Source of the DNA: Candidatus Limnocylindrales bacterium
Lineage (GTDB): Bacteria; Chloroflexota; Limnocylindria; Limnocylindrales; CSP1-4
Length of the DNA stretch: 64,000 bases
Assembly: GCA_049967415.1 (NCBI GenBank)
Contig: JBMFSS010000005.1
Location: 6,044 to 70,043 of the forward strand
Direction of reading: 5' to 3'
Shown here: in pieces, positions 26,610-35,418 of the stretch
Numbering within the stretch: position 1 is the stretch's first letter
Layout of the letters: the number at the start of each line of letters is the position of its first letter
Made by a program: the position numbers and the translations under genes
The notes under the pieces: generated by a model
What the model saw: only the letters and a program-made list of their open reading frames with translations
What the model was told of the DNA's origin: nothing
Databases searched by the model: none

Positions 26610-29396
26610 CTACTTGTCGCGTTCTCCGGCCAGCACGGCCTGGGCCGCCGCCAGACGTGCCACAGGCACGCGGAACGGGGAGCAGGAGACGTAGTTGAGC
26701 CCGATCTCGTGGCAGAAGGCGATGGAGTCGGGATCGCCGCCGTGCTCGCCGCAGATCCCGAGCTTGATGTCCGGCCGGGTGGCCCGGCCCTTCTCGACGG
26801 CAATCCGCATGAGCTGCCCCACGCCATCCCGGTCGAGTGTCTGGAACGGGTTGAACGGCAGGATCTTCCGCTCGACGTAGGCGAGCAGGAAGCCGCCCTC
26901 AGCATCGTCACGGCTGTAGCCAAACGTCATCTGCGTCAGGTCGTTGGTGCCAAAGCTGAAGAACTGGGCGTATTTGGCGATCTCATCGGCGGTCAGCGCG
27001 CCGCGTGGGACCTCGATCATGGTGCCGAACTTGTAGTCAACCGTGGTCCCGGCGGCCTCCATGACCTTCTTCGCCTCGGCCTCGAGGAGCGTCTGGCTCG
27101 CCGCGAGCTCGTTCACGTGGCCCACCAGCGGGATCATGATCTCCACGTGCGGGTCGCCGCCCCGGCGTCGCACCGCGATCGCCGCGTTGAGGATCGCGCG
27201 GGTCTGCATCTTGGTGATGTCCGGGATCATCAGGCCCAGGCGGATCCCCCGCAGGCCCAGCATCGGGTTCTGCTCGCGCAGGGCCTCCACGGCCGCCAGC
27301 ATCGTGCGGGCCTTGGCGTAGGCCGGATCATCTTCCGGCGTGTGGCGCTCGCGGAGCTGCGTGACCTCCACGATCAGGTCATCGTGCTTGGGGAGGAACT
27401 CGTGGAGGGGCGGGTCGATGAGCCGGATCACCACCGGCAGCCCGCTCATGGCGGCGAGGATCCCTTCGAAATCGCCCTGCTGGAGCTTCTCGAGCTTGGC
27501 GATCGCCGCATCGAAGCGCTCGACGGCGGCCCGGTCGGTCTCGCTGAGCGTCTCGCCGGCGTCCTGGCGCTCCTTGGCACGGGTGGCCTGGAACGCGACC
27601 AGGATCGCGTCGCGAATGATCTCGAGGCGCTCGCCCTCCCGGAACATGTGCTCGGTCCGGCAGAGGCCGATCCCCTGCGCGCCGTAACTGCGGGCCTGGG
27701 CGGCCTCCTCGGGCTTGTCCGCGTTGGTCCAGACCTGCAGGCGGCGGAGCTTGTCGGCCCAACCCAGGATCGTCTGCAGTTCCGGCTGCTCCTCGAACCG
27801 GGCAGCCACGGTGGGCAGCGCCCCCAGGAAGACCTCCCCCGTGGAGCCGTCCACACTGATCGGATCGCCCTCGCGGAAGGTCGCCCCCTCCGCGCTGGCG
27901 GACCTGTCCCGGTAGTCCACCAGCAGCTCGGCGCACCCCGCCACGCAGGGCTTGCCAATCTGCCGGGCCACCACCGCGGCATGCGAGGTGGCGCCACCCC
28001 GGGCGGTCAGGATCCCCTCCGCCACGGCCATCCCGTGGAAATCGTCCGGCGAGGTCTCGATCCGCACCAGCACCACTCGCTCACCGCGGGCCGCCCACTC
28101 GACCGCCGTGTCGGCGTCGAAGACAGCCCGGCCAACCGCGGCGCCAGGCGACGCGTTCAGGCCCTTTGCGATGCGCTTGGCCGCCTGCCGCGCCCGCACG
28201 TCGAACTGGGCCCGCAGCAGCTGGTCCACCTGGGCCGGCTCGATGCGCTCGACCGCTTCTGCCTCGGTGATGATCCCCTCGGCCACCATGTCCACCGCGA
28301 TCTTCACCGCCGCGGCCGCGGTGCGCTTGGCGGTCCGCGTCTGGAGCATGAAGAGCCGCCCGCGCTCGATGGTGAACTCCATGTCCTGCACGTCACGGTA
28401 GTGGCGCTCGAGCCGCGCCGCGATCTCCTGGAACTCGCGGTACGCCTGGGGCAGGTCCTGGGCGAGGTGGGCGATCTTCTGGGGGGTCCGGATGCCGGCC
28501 ACCACGTCCTCGCCCTGCGCGTTGGTCAGGTACTCGCCGTAGAGCACCTTCTCACCAGTGTTGGGGTCGCGCGTGAAGGCCACGCCGGTCCCCGAGTCGT
28601 CACCCATGTTCCCGAAGACCATGGTGACCACGTTGACGGCGGTTCCCAGATCATGGGGGATCTTGTTGTAGTTTCGGTAGTCCACCGCACGCTTGCCGAA
28701 CCACGACCCGAAGACAGCCTTGATGGCAAGATCCAGCTGCTCATCCGGGACGGTGGGGAAGTCCCGGCCGGTGGCCTCCTTCACGATCGCCTTGTACTCG
28801 GCCGCCAGCGCCCGCAGCGCGGCAGCGTCGAGGTCCGTGTCCGCCTTCGCGCCCTGCCGCGCCTTGGCCGCGTCAAGCGCCTCGTCGAAGCGCACGCCCG
28901 GGACATCCATCACGATGCGGCCGAACATCTGGATGAAGCGCCGATAGGCGTCCCACCCGAACCGCTCGTTGTGGGTCAAGGCGATCAACCCCTGCAGGGT
29001 CTCCTCGTTGAGTCCCAGGTTGAGCACCGTGTCCATCATGCCCGGCATGGAGAACTTCGAGCCCGACCGGACGCTCACCAGCAGCGGGTTCTCTCGTCCA
29101 CCGAAGCGCTTGCCGGTCTCCCGCTCGACCTCGCGCATGGCGTCCTGCACATCGTCCCAGAGCCCGTCGGGAAGACGTTCGCCGGCTGCAAAGTAGTCGT
29201 TGCAGGCCTCGGTCGTGATGGTGAACCCGGGCGGTACCGGCAGGCCGGCGCGCGTCATCTCGGCCAGGCCGGCGCCCTTCCCGCCGAGGAGGCCCTTCAT
29301 CTCGCCGTTGCCGTCGGCACCACCGCCACCGAAGGCGTAGATGTAGCGCTTGGCCGCGTGGTGGGTGCGCTCGGTGACAGTGTCGGTGCTGGTCAT
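26610..29396 (-). CDS. ppdK: Pyruvate, phosphate dikinase
   Basis: 'LLGGKGAGLAEM', 'SVRSGS..SMPGMMDT', phospho-His 'GGATSHAAVVAR', 'FGTNDLTQ', 'GICGEHGG'; AAGGAG SD. Confidence 0.97.
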   Translation of the reverse strand: MTSTDTVTERTHHAAKRYIYAFGGGGADGNGEMKGLLGGKGAGLAEMTRAGLPVPPGFTITTEACNDYFAAGERLPDGLWDDVQDAMREVERETGKRFGGRENPLLVSVRSGSKFSMPGMMDTVLNLGLNEETLQGLIALTHNERFGWDAYRRFIQMFGRIVMDVPGVRFDEALDAAKARQGAKADTDLDAAALRALAAEYKAIVKEATGRDFPTVPDEQLDLAIKAVFGSWFGKRAVDYRNYNKIPHDLGTAVNVVTMVFGNMGDDSGTGVAFTRDPNTGEKVLYGEYLTNAQGEDVVAGIRTPQKIAHLAQDLPQAYREFQEIAARLERHYRDVQDMEFTIERGRLFMLQTRTAKRTAAAAVKIAVDMVAEGIITEAEAVERIEPAQVDQLLRAQFDVRARQAAKRIAKGLNASPGAAVGRAVFDADTAVEWAARGERVVLVRIETSPDDFHGMAVAEGILTARGGATSHAAVVARQIGKPCVAGCAELLVDYRDRSASAEGATFREGDPISVDGSTGEVFLGALPTVAARFEEQPELQTILGWADKLRRLQVWTNADKPEEAAQARSYGAQGIGLCRTEHMFREGERLEIIRDAILVAFQATRAKERQDAGETLSETDRAAVERFDAAIAKLEKLQQGDFEGILAAMSGLPVVIRLIDPPLHEFLPKHDDLIVEVTQLRERHTPEDDPAYAKARTMLAAVEALREQNPMLGLRGIRLGLMIPDITKMQTRAILNAAIAVRRRGGDPHVEIMIPLVGHVNELAASQTLLEAEAKKVMEAAGTTVDYKFGTMIEVPRGALTADEIAKYAQFFSFGTNDLTQMTFGYSRDDAEGGFLLAYVERKILPFNPFQTLDRDGVGQLMRIAVEKGRATRPDIKLGICGEHGGDPDSIAFCHEIGLNYVSCSPFRVPVARLAAAQAVLAGERDK

Positions 29397-29527
29397 GGAT
29401 CGCTGGCTCCTTGTACAGGACGCTGGTCGATGAGGCGTTCGATCCGTGGGACGTCGGAACGTGGCTCCGCGCGTGGTCGGACAGGGACGCGAAAGCGTGG
29501 TCATTGTACCGCCCGGACGCCGCCGGG

Positions 29528-29558
29528 CCGGCAAGGCCCCGGCAAGGCCCCGGCAAGG
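29528..29558. repeat. 11-bp tandem repeat CCGGCAAGGCC x2.8 in the divergent ppdK / S9 peptidase promoter region
   Basis: Units at 29528, 29539 and 29550. Confidence 0.9.
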
Positions 29559-29583
29559 AGCCGCGCGTGCCATCATGCGGTGC

Positions 29584-31623
29584 ATGAGCCTGCCATTCGA
29601 CCTCGACCGCTTCCTCGGACTTCCGCGTCTCTCCGATCTCCGCTGCTCGCCGGACGGCCGCCGCCTGGTGGTCACCGTGGCCCGGCCCACGGCTGACGGA
29701 ACCGCGCTGCGTTCGGCGCTCTGGGAGCTGGATACGGCCGGGCGCCGCCCACCCCGCCAGTTGACCCGCTCTGCGCAGGGCGAGGGCACGCCGGCGTTTC
29801 TCCCGGATGGCTCCCTGCTGTTCGTGTCCTCCCGTCCCCGCGCCGAGGCAGGAGCCGACGCGGGCTCCGGCTCGCCGGCCGCACTCTGGCTCCTCCCCGT
29901 CGCCGGTGGCGAAGCGCGGGAAGTGCTCACCGCCGCGGGCGGAATCGAAGCGCTCCGTCCAGCCAGGGGGGCGCGCACGATCGCGCTGGTTTCCAGCCGG
30001 TTCCCGGGCAGCAGCACCGCGCAGGCCGACACCGAGCGCGCCGCGGCCAGGAAGCAGGCTGGCGTCTCGGCCGTCCTCTTCGAGCGCTACCCGATCCGCC
30101 ACTGGGATCACTACCTGGGACCTCGGGAACGGCACCTGCTGGCCCTTGCCCTTCCCGAGGGCGAGGAGGAACCGATGCCCGAGCCGCGCGACCTCCTTCC
30201 GGACGCGGGTGCCTCCTTCGACGCGCTCGAGCACGTCGGCTTCGATCTGACGCCGGACGGGACGACGGTGGTGGCCACCGTGGCCTCGCTGGCCGACATC
30301 ACCCACCCTGCGGTCGACCTGGTGGCCTTCGACGTGGCTGCCGGGACCTCCCGCCGCCTGACGCCGTCGGATGCCCGCTACGAAGACCCGGCCTGCTCGC
30401 CCGACGGACGGTGGGTGGCCGCGGTCCGGGAAACGCTCGGCGATCCCGCCCATGCCTCGGCCCGGCGTCTCTGGCTGCTGAACCTGGGGACGGGCGAGGG
30501 GCGCGACCTGGCGCCCGCCGCCGACCTCTGGCCGGCCGCGCCGACGTGGACCCCCGATGGGTCGGCGGTCTTCTTTCTCTCCGAGTACGAGGGCTCCGGG
30601 GCCGTCTTCCGGGTGGAGGTCGCCACCGGCGTCGTCACCGGCCTCTCACGCACGGGGACCCTCTCCGATCTCTGCCCGTCGCCCGACGGATCCACGCTCT
30701 TCGCCCTCGGGTCCACGTTTCGGGTGCCGCCCCGACCTGTCCGGCTGGATGCGCGGGCACCCGACCAGGCCCCCGCGGCGCTTCCGTCGCCCGCCGCCGA
30801 CGAGGAGACCGCAGGGACACCGGGCCGGGTCGAGCGGCTCGTCGCGCAGGCGGATGACGGGCTGCCCATCGGCGCCTGGTTGGTGCTCCCGCCGGAGGCC
30901 TCCGCGGCGCACCCGGCACCCCTGGTGGTCTTCGTCCACGGGGGGCCACTCGGCTCGTGGACGGACGGATGGCACTGGCGCTGGAACCCGCAGGTCCTGG
31001 TGGCACGCGGGTACGCGGTCCTGCTGCCAGACCCGGCGTTCTCCACCGGGTACGGCCAGGCGCTCATCGATCGGGGCTGGGGCGGCTGGAACGAGCGACC
31101 GTACACCGACCTCCTGGCAGCCATCGACGCGACCGAGCGGCGGCCCGACATCGACCGGAGCCGGACGGCGCTGATGGGCGGATCGTTCGGCGGCTACATG
31201 GCGAACTGGGTGGCGGGACACACGGACCGCTTCCGGTGCATTGTCACGCACGCCAGCCTGTGGGACCTGCGCGGGTTTCACGGCACCACCGACGACGGCA
31301 ACGCCTGGGAACTGGAGTTCGGGGACCCCTATCGCGATCCCCGCCGGTACCTGGAACAGAGCCCATCGGCCGCCATCGCGTCCATCCGGACGCCCATGCT
31401 GGTGATCCACGGCGAGCTTGACGCCCGGGTGCCGATCAGCGAGGCCCTGCGCCTCTGGACGGACCTCCAGCGGCATGGGGTGGAGTCGAAATTCCTGTAC
31501 TTCCCGGACGAGAACCACTGGGTGCTGAAGCCGCAGAACGCACGGCTCTGGTACCAGACCGTGCTCGCGTTCCTGGACCACCACGTGCAGGGCAGGCCGT
31601 GGGAGCGACCGGCGCTGCTGTAG
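29584..31623 (+). CDS. S9 family (prolyl oligopeptidase/acylaminoacyl) peptidase
   Basis: Propeller 'SPDG' repeats, 'HGGP', nucleophile 'GGSFGGY', 'HGELDARVP', 'ENHW'. Confidence 0.93.
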   Translation: MSLPFDLDRFLGLPRLSDLRCSPDGRRLVVTVARPTADGTALRSALWELDTAGRRPPRQLTRSAQGEGTPAFLPDGSLLFVSSRPRAEAGADAGSGSPAALWLLPVAGGEAREVLTAAGGIEALRPARGARTIALVSSRFPGSSTAQADTERAAARKQAGVSAVLFERYPIRHWDHYLGPRERHLLALALPEGEEEPMPEPRDLLPDAGASFDALEHVGFDLTPDGTTVVATVASLADITHPAVDLVAFDVAAGTSRRLTPSDARYEDPACSPDGRWVAAVRETLGDPAHASARRLWLLNLGTGEGRDLAPAADLWPAAPTWTPDGSAVFFLSEYEGSGAVFRVEVATGVVTGLSRTGTLSDLCPSPDGSTLFALGSTFRVPPRPVRLDARAPDQAPAALPSPAADEETAGTPGRVERLVAQADDGLPIGAWLVLPPEASAAHPAPLVVFVHGGPLGSWTDGWHWRWNPQVLVARGYAVLLPDPAFSTGYGQALIDRGWGGWNERPYTDLLAAIDATERRPDIDRSRTALMGGSFGGYMANWVAGHTDRFRCIVTHASLWDLRGFHGTTDDGNAWELEFGDPYRDPRRYLEQSPSAAIASIRTPMLVIHGELDARVPISEALRLWTDLQRHGVESKFLYFPDENHWVLKPQNARLWYQTVLAFLDHHVQGRPWERPALL

Positions 31624-32267
31624 CCGGGGGAGGCTGGCCGGGCGGCGACCTCCTGCCGCGTCACGACCTCCGGTCGCCGGACGGGCGTGCGCTGCACCTC
31701 TGCGGCAAGCTGCGCGGGCGCCTTCCCGAACCGGCTCCAAGACCGCGCCGCCACGCGCTACCGCGCGATGTCCGGGCCGCCCGGAGGTCCCGTTTCCCTG
31801 TCAGGCCGCCGTCCTCGACAACGGCCTCCCGGCGCTGGTCGCAGATCCGTGCGTTCGATCGCCTTCCTCGCCCGGTCACGGCGCGCACGGACGCCCCGCA
31901 CGCGTTCCGCGCCCGCCGGCACGGCCTGCGGCGCCTGGCCGACCTCACCGCGGACGAGCGGCAGGACCCGGCCACCGCCCTGCGCCAGGTGGTCGTACGC
32001 TACCGCGGTGCATGCGGACACGACCTGCCCTGCCGGATGGCGATCCTCGAAGCACCCGAGGGAGAGGAGGACTGGCACCTCGCCGTGGAGTTCCATCCCC
32101 CGCATCGATCCCGCGACCTGACCAGGATCCGAGCCTCGGTGGAGACGGGCACCGGGCTGTTTCCCAGCGGCACGCCGCCGGAGCCGCAGGCCGGGCTGCT
32201 GCGCCGGCTGCCCGGTCCCGGCATGCGCGAGCGCCCGCCGCGGCAGGTCACCCGGGTGGGCGCATGA
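31624..32267 (+). pseudogene. galT: Galactose-1-phosphate uridylyltransferase remnant (internally deleted and degenerate)
   Basis: C-terminal GalT-like text 'RRLADLTADER..A.AL..V..RY', 'WHLAVEFHPP.RS', 'ASVETGTG...PE.QA..LR'; no HxH catalytic motif and no clear start; stop overlaps the galK ATG. Confidence 0.7.
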
Positions 32268-33436
32268 GCGCCACGCTCCGCGAAGCACTGGCGCAGATCG
32301 AGCCGGCCGCCCGCCGGAACCCGGGTGCCGTGCGCGTGGTCCGCGCCCCGGGCCGCGTCAACCTGATCGGCGAGCACACCGACTACAACGATGGCTTCGT
32401 GCTGCCGGCGGCCATCGACCTCGAACTCCGGATTGCCCTGGTCCCCACCGACGACCAACGGGTGGAGCTGGTGCTGGCCGAGACGGGCGAACGGCGCGGG
32501 TTCGACCTGAACGAGATCGGCCCCCGAACCGGTGCCTGGATCGACTACGTGGCAGGCACCGCCTGGGCCCTCGGCCAGGCCGGCGTTGCCACGCGCGGCT
32601 TCCGCGGCTTGCTCGCCAGCACCATCCCGACCTCGGCCGGTCTCTCGTCCTCGGCGGCCATCGAGCTTGCGTCGGCCTGGGCGCTGACCGAGCCGCCCGG
32701 CGGTGCGCTCGACGGGATGGCCCTGGCGCGCATCTGCCAGCGGGCGGAGAACGCCTACGTGGGCGTCAACTGTGGCCTGATGGACCAGGCGGCCGAGGCG
32801 CTCGGGCAGGACGGGAGCGCGATCCTGCTCGACTGCCGCTCCCTCGATTGGCGGGCCGTGCCGCTCCCGCTGGATCGCTGCCGGCTGGTGGTCTGCGACA
32901 CTGGCTCGCCCAGGCGCCTCAGCGTCTCCCAGTACAACGCGCGGCGTGCCCAGTGCGAGTCAGCCGTGCGCGTGCTGGCCCGCACGGACCCGTCCATCCA
33001 CGCGCTCCGTGATGTCTCGCCCGGGATGCTCGGCTCGCTTCGACGCCTCCTCGACGAGGAAACGTACCGGCGCTGCGAACACGTCGTACGCGAGAACGAG
33101 CGCGTCCTGGAGACCGTTGCGGCGCTGGAGTCCGGCGATTTCCCCACGGTGGGCCGCTGCTTCGCCGAGAGCCATGATTCCCTGCGCGATCTCTACGAGG
33201 TCAGCTCCCCCGAGCTGGAGGCCATGGTCGCCATCGCGCGGGCCACACCCGGCGTGCTGGCCACGCGGATGACCGGCGCGGGGTTCGGCGGCTGCACCAT
33301 CTCGCTGGTGGATCCCGGCGCCGAAGCGCGCCTGGAGGCAGCGGTGCTGGACCAGTATCCGGGCCGCACCGGGCTGTTGCCCCGGGTCTTCGCGGTGCGC
33401 CCTGTGGCGGGCGCCGGGATCGCGCACGAGTCCTGA
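32264..33436 (+). CDS. galK: Galactokinase
   Basis: 'APGRVNLIGEHTDYN', 'GLSSSAA', 'CGLMDQ', 'RMTGAGFGGC'. Confidence 0.97.
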   Translation: MSATLREALAQIEPAARRNPGAVRVVRAPGRVNLIGEHTDYNDGFVLPAAIDLELRIALVPTDDQRVELVLAETGERRGFDLNEIGPRTGAWIDYVAGTAWALGQAGVATRGFRGLLASTIPTSAGLSSSAAIELASAWALTEPPGGALDGMALARICQRAENAYVGVNCGLMDQAAEALGQDGSAILLDCRSLDWRAVPLPLDRCRLVVCDTGSPRRLSVSQYNARRAQCESAVRVLARTDPSIHALRDVSPGMLGSLRRLLDEETYRRCEHVVRENERVLETVAALESGDFPTVGRCFAESHDSLRDLYEVSSPELEAMVAIARATPGVLATRMTGAGFGGCTISLVDPGAEARLEAAVLDQYPGRTGLLPRVFAVRPVAGAGIAHES

Positions 33437-33549
33437 GCGGAGCGGGGACTGGACGCCGAACACGCCCCGCGCGCCCCGCGACGTACACTTTGCGATAGCC
33501 ACGAGAGGGCCGCCAACGTGCTCCGGTCCCTGGGAGGTGCGACGCCGCG

Positions 33550-34404
33550 ATGATCCCGACCGAGGACACTCGCGTCATTCATGACGAATCCGCGCAATAC
33601 AATGCGGAGCTGGTCCGCCGGGCAGACGAGACCGACGACCTGGCGTACTTCCTGGTCCGCTTCCGGGGTGCGCCGGTTCCATTCGAGCCGGGCCAGTACA
33701 TGACGATCGGCGTCTTCGCAGACGGGAAGCTCGTGCAGCGGCCCTACTCCATCGCTTCCTCGCCCCGGACCAGCGCGGAGGGGTACGAGTTCTACATCCG
33801 CCTGGTGCCGATCCTTCGCTTCACCTCCCTGCTGTGGCGACTGCCATTGGGCCACCCGATGCGGATGACCGGGCCCAAGGGCCGTTTCCAGCTGGAACCG
33901 GGCGACGACCGCACCCACCTGTTCATCGCCACGGGGACCGGGATCGCCCCGTTCGTCTCGATGATCCGGACCGACCTGTACGACGGGACGCCGCGCCGGA
34001 CGGTCGTCGCGCACGGCGTCTCCTACGCGCGCGAACTCGGCTATCGACAGCAGTTCGAGCGGTGGCAGCAGGAGGGCCTCCCCATCACCTACGTGCCCAG
34101 CGTCTCGCGCCCCGGGGACCCGGCGAACGCCGGCTGGACGGGCCGGACCGGGCGGGTCGAGACCATCCTGGACGACCTCTGTCGGGAGCAGGGCCTGACC
34201 CCCGAGCGGACGGTGGCCTACATCTGCGGCAACCCGGAGATGATTCTGAAGGCCGAGGCGGCGCTGCGGAGCCACGGGCTGCCCGAGCCGCATGTCAAGA
34301 AGGAACTCTACTGGCCCAAGGGCAAGGATCCCGGAATCCCGGCCCTGAGCGGCGCCGGCGAGACGGCCCGCCTTCCGCTCGCCGAGCTGGCTGCGCGGGG
34401 CTGA
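33550..34404 (+). CDS. fpr: Ferredoxin(flavodoxin)-NADP+ reductase family FAD/NAD(P)-binding oxidoreductase
   Basis: 'FEPGQY', 'RPYSIAS', 'ATGTGIAPF', 'YICGNPEM', 'ELYW'. Confidence 0.82.
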   Translation: MIPTEDTRVIHDESAQYNAELVRRADETDDLAYFLVRFRGAPVPFEPGQYMTIGVFADGKLVQRPYSIASSPRTSAEGYEFYIRLVPILRFTSLLWRLPLGHPMRMTGPKGRFQLEPGDDRTHLFIATGTGIAPFVSMIRTDLYDGTPRRTVVAHGVSYARELGYRQQFERWQQEGLPITYVPSVSRPGDPANAGWTGRTGRVETILDDLCREQGLTPERTVAYICGNPEMILKAEAALRSHGLPEPHVKKELYWPKGKDPGIPALSGAGETARLPLAELAARG

Positions 34405-34581
34405 CGGGTCGTGGACCAGCCGGCACTGCTGCCAGCCCGCATGGCGGCAGCGGTCGATACCCGTTCGGGCCGTCGGGTGCCTCGTGACCTTTGGCCCACG
34501 CCTAGGTGTACTCTGGTGGGTCGCCGAAGAACCCTTCGTACCTCACTATAGGTTTAGCGGAACCGCAGCACAGGAACATCC

Positions 34582-35418
34582 ATGCACCAGATCCTCGAGA
34601 AGCGGCAGCTCTCGCCCAACGTCACCCAGTTCCGGGTCAGCGCCCCACGGATCGCCGAGATCCGCCGACCAGGTCAGTTCGTGATCGTGCGCCTGGGCCC
34701 CGGGGCAGAACGAATCCCGCTCACGATCGCCGACGCGGACGCCGCGGCAGGCACCATCACCCTGGTCATCCAGGCGGTCGGGAAGAGCACTGCCGACCTG
34801 GATGACCTCGAGGTCGGAGGGGTCATTCAGGACGTCGCCGGGCCGCTGGGCAGCCCCACCGAGCTGATCGAATCCGGCCACGCGGTCTGCGTTGGCGGAG
34901 GCGTCGGCACGGCGGTGATCCTCCCCATCGCCCAGGAGCTCCACCGGCGCGGTCTTCCGGTGACCAGCATCATCGGCGGCCGCTCCCGCGAGTGGGTGAT
35001 CATGGAGGATGACCTCCGCCGCTACGGCGAGGTGATCACCTGCACGGACGATGGCAGCTACGGCCGGCCGGGGTTCGTGACGGAGGCTCTCAAGGATCTG
35101 CTGGACGCCGGCGGCGTGGACGCCGTCTATGCGGTGGGACCGGTGCCCATGATGGCGGCTGTGTCCGAGATGACCCGGCCCTACGAAGTCCCCACCACCG
35201 TCTCGCTGAACTCGATCATGATCGACGGAACCGGGATGTGCGGAGGGTGCCGGGTCAGCGTGGGCGGCCAGACCAAGTACGCCTGCGTCGACGGGCCCGA
35301 GTTCGACGGGCACCTGGTCGATTTCCGCCAGCTGGCAGACCGCCTGACCACCTACCGCACCTTCGAGCAGGAAGCCCTGGCCCATCGCGAGGCCTGCAAG
35401 CTGGGAGCCCACCGATGA
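34582..35418 (+). CDS. nfnA: NfnA/SudB-like small subunit (FAD, [2Fe-2S]) of electron-bifurcating transhydrogenase
   Basis: 'PGQFVI', 'ERIPLTI', 'GGGVG', 'DGTGMCGGCR...ACVDGPEF'. Confidence 0.85.
   Translation: MHQILEKRQLSPNVTQFRVSAPRIAEIRRPGQFVIVRLGPGAERIPLTIADADAAAGTITLVIQAVGKSTADLDDLEVGGVIQDVAGPLGSPTELIESGHAVCVGGGVGTAVILPIAQELHRRGLPVTSIIGGRSREWVIMEDDLRRYGEVITCTDDGSYGRPGFVTEALKDLLDAGGVDAVYAVGPVPMMAAVSEMTRPYEVPTTVSLNSIMIDGTGMCGGCRVSVGGQTKYACVDGPEFDGHLVDFRQLADRLTTYRTFEQEALAHREACKLGAHR

Noticed and set aside
26604-29696. 1030-aa plus-strand ORF antisense to ppdK (also 55418-58249, 41900-43657, 40473-42029, 37281-38774)
   Set aside because: Shadow ORFs caused by strong GC3 bias of the real gene on the opposite strand; no recognisable domains
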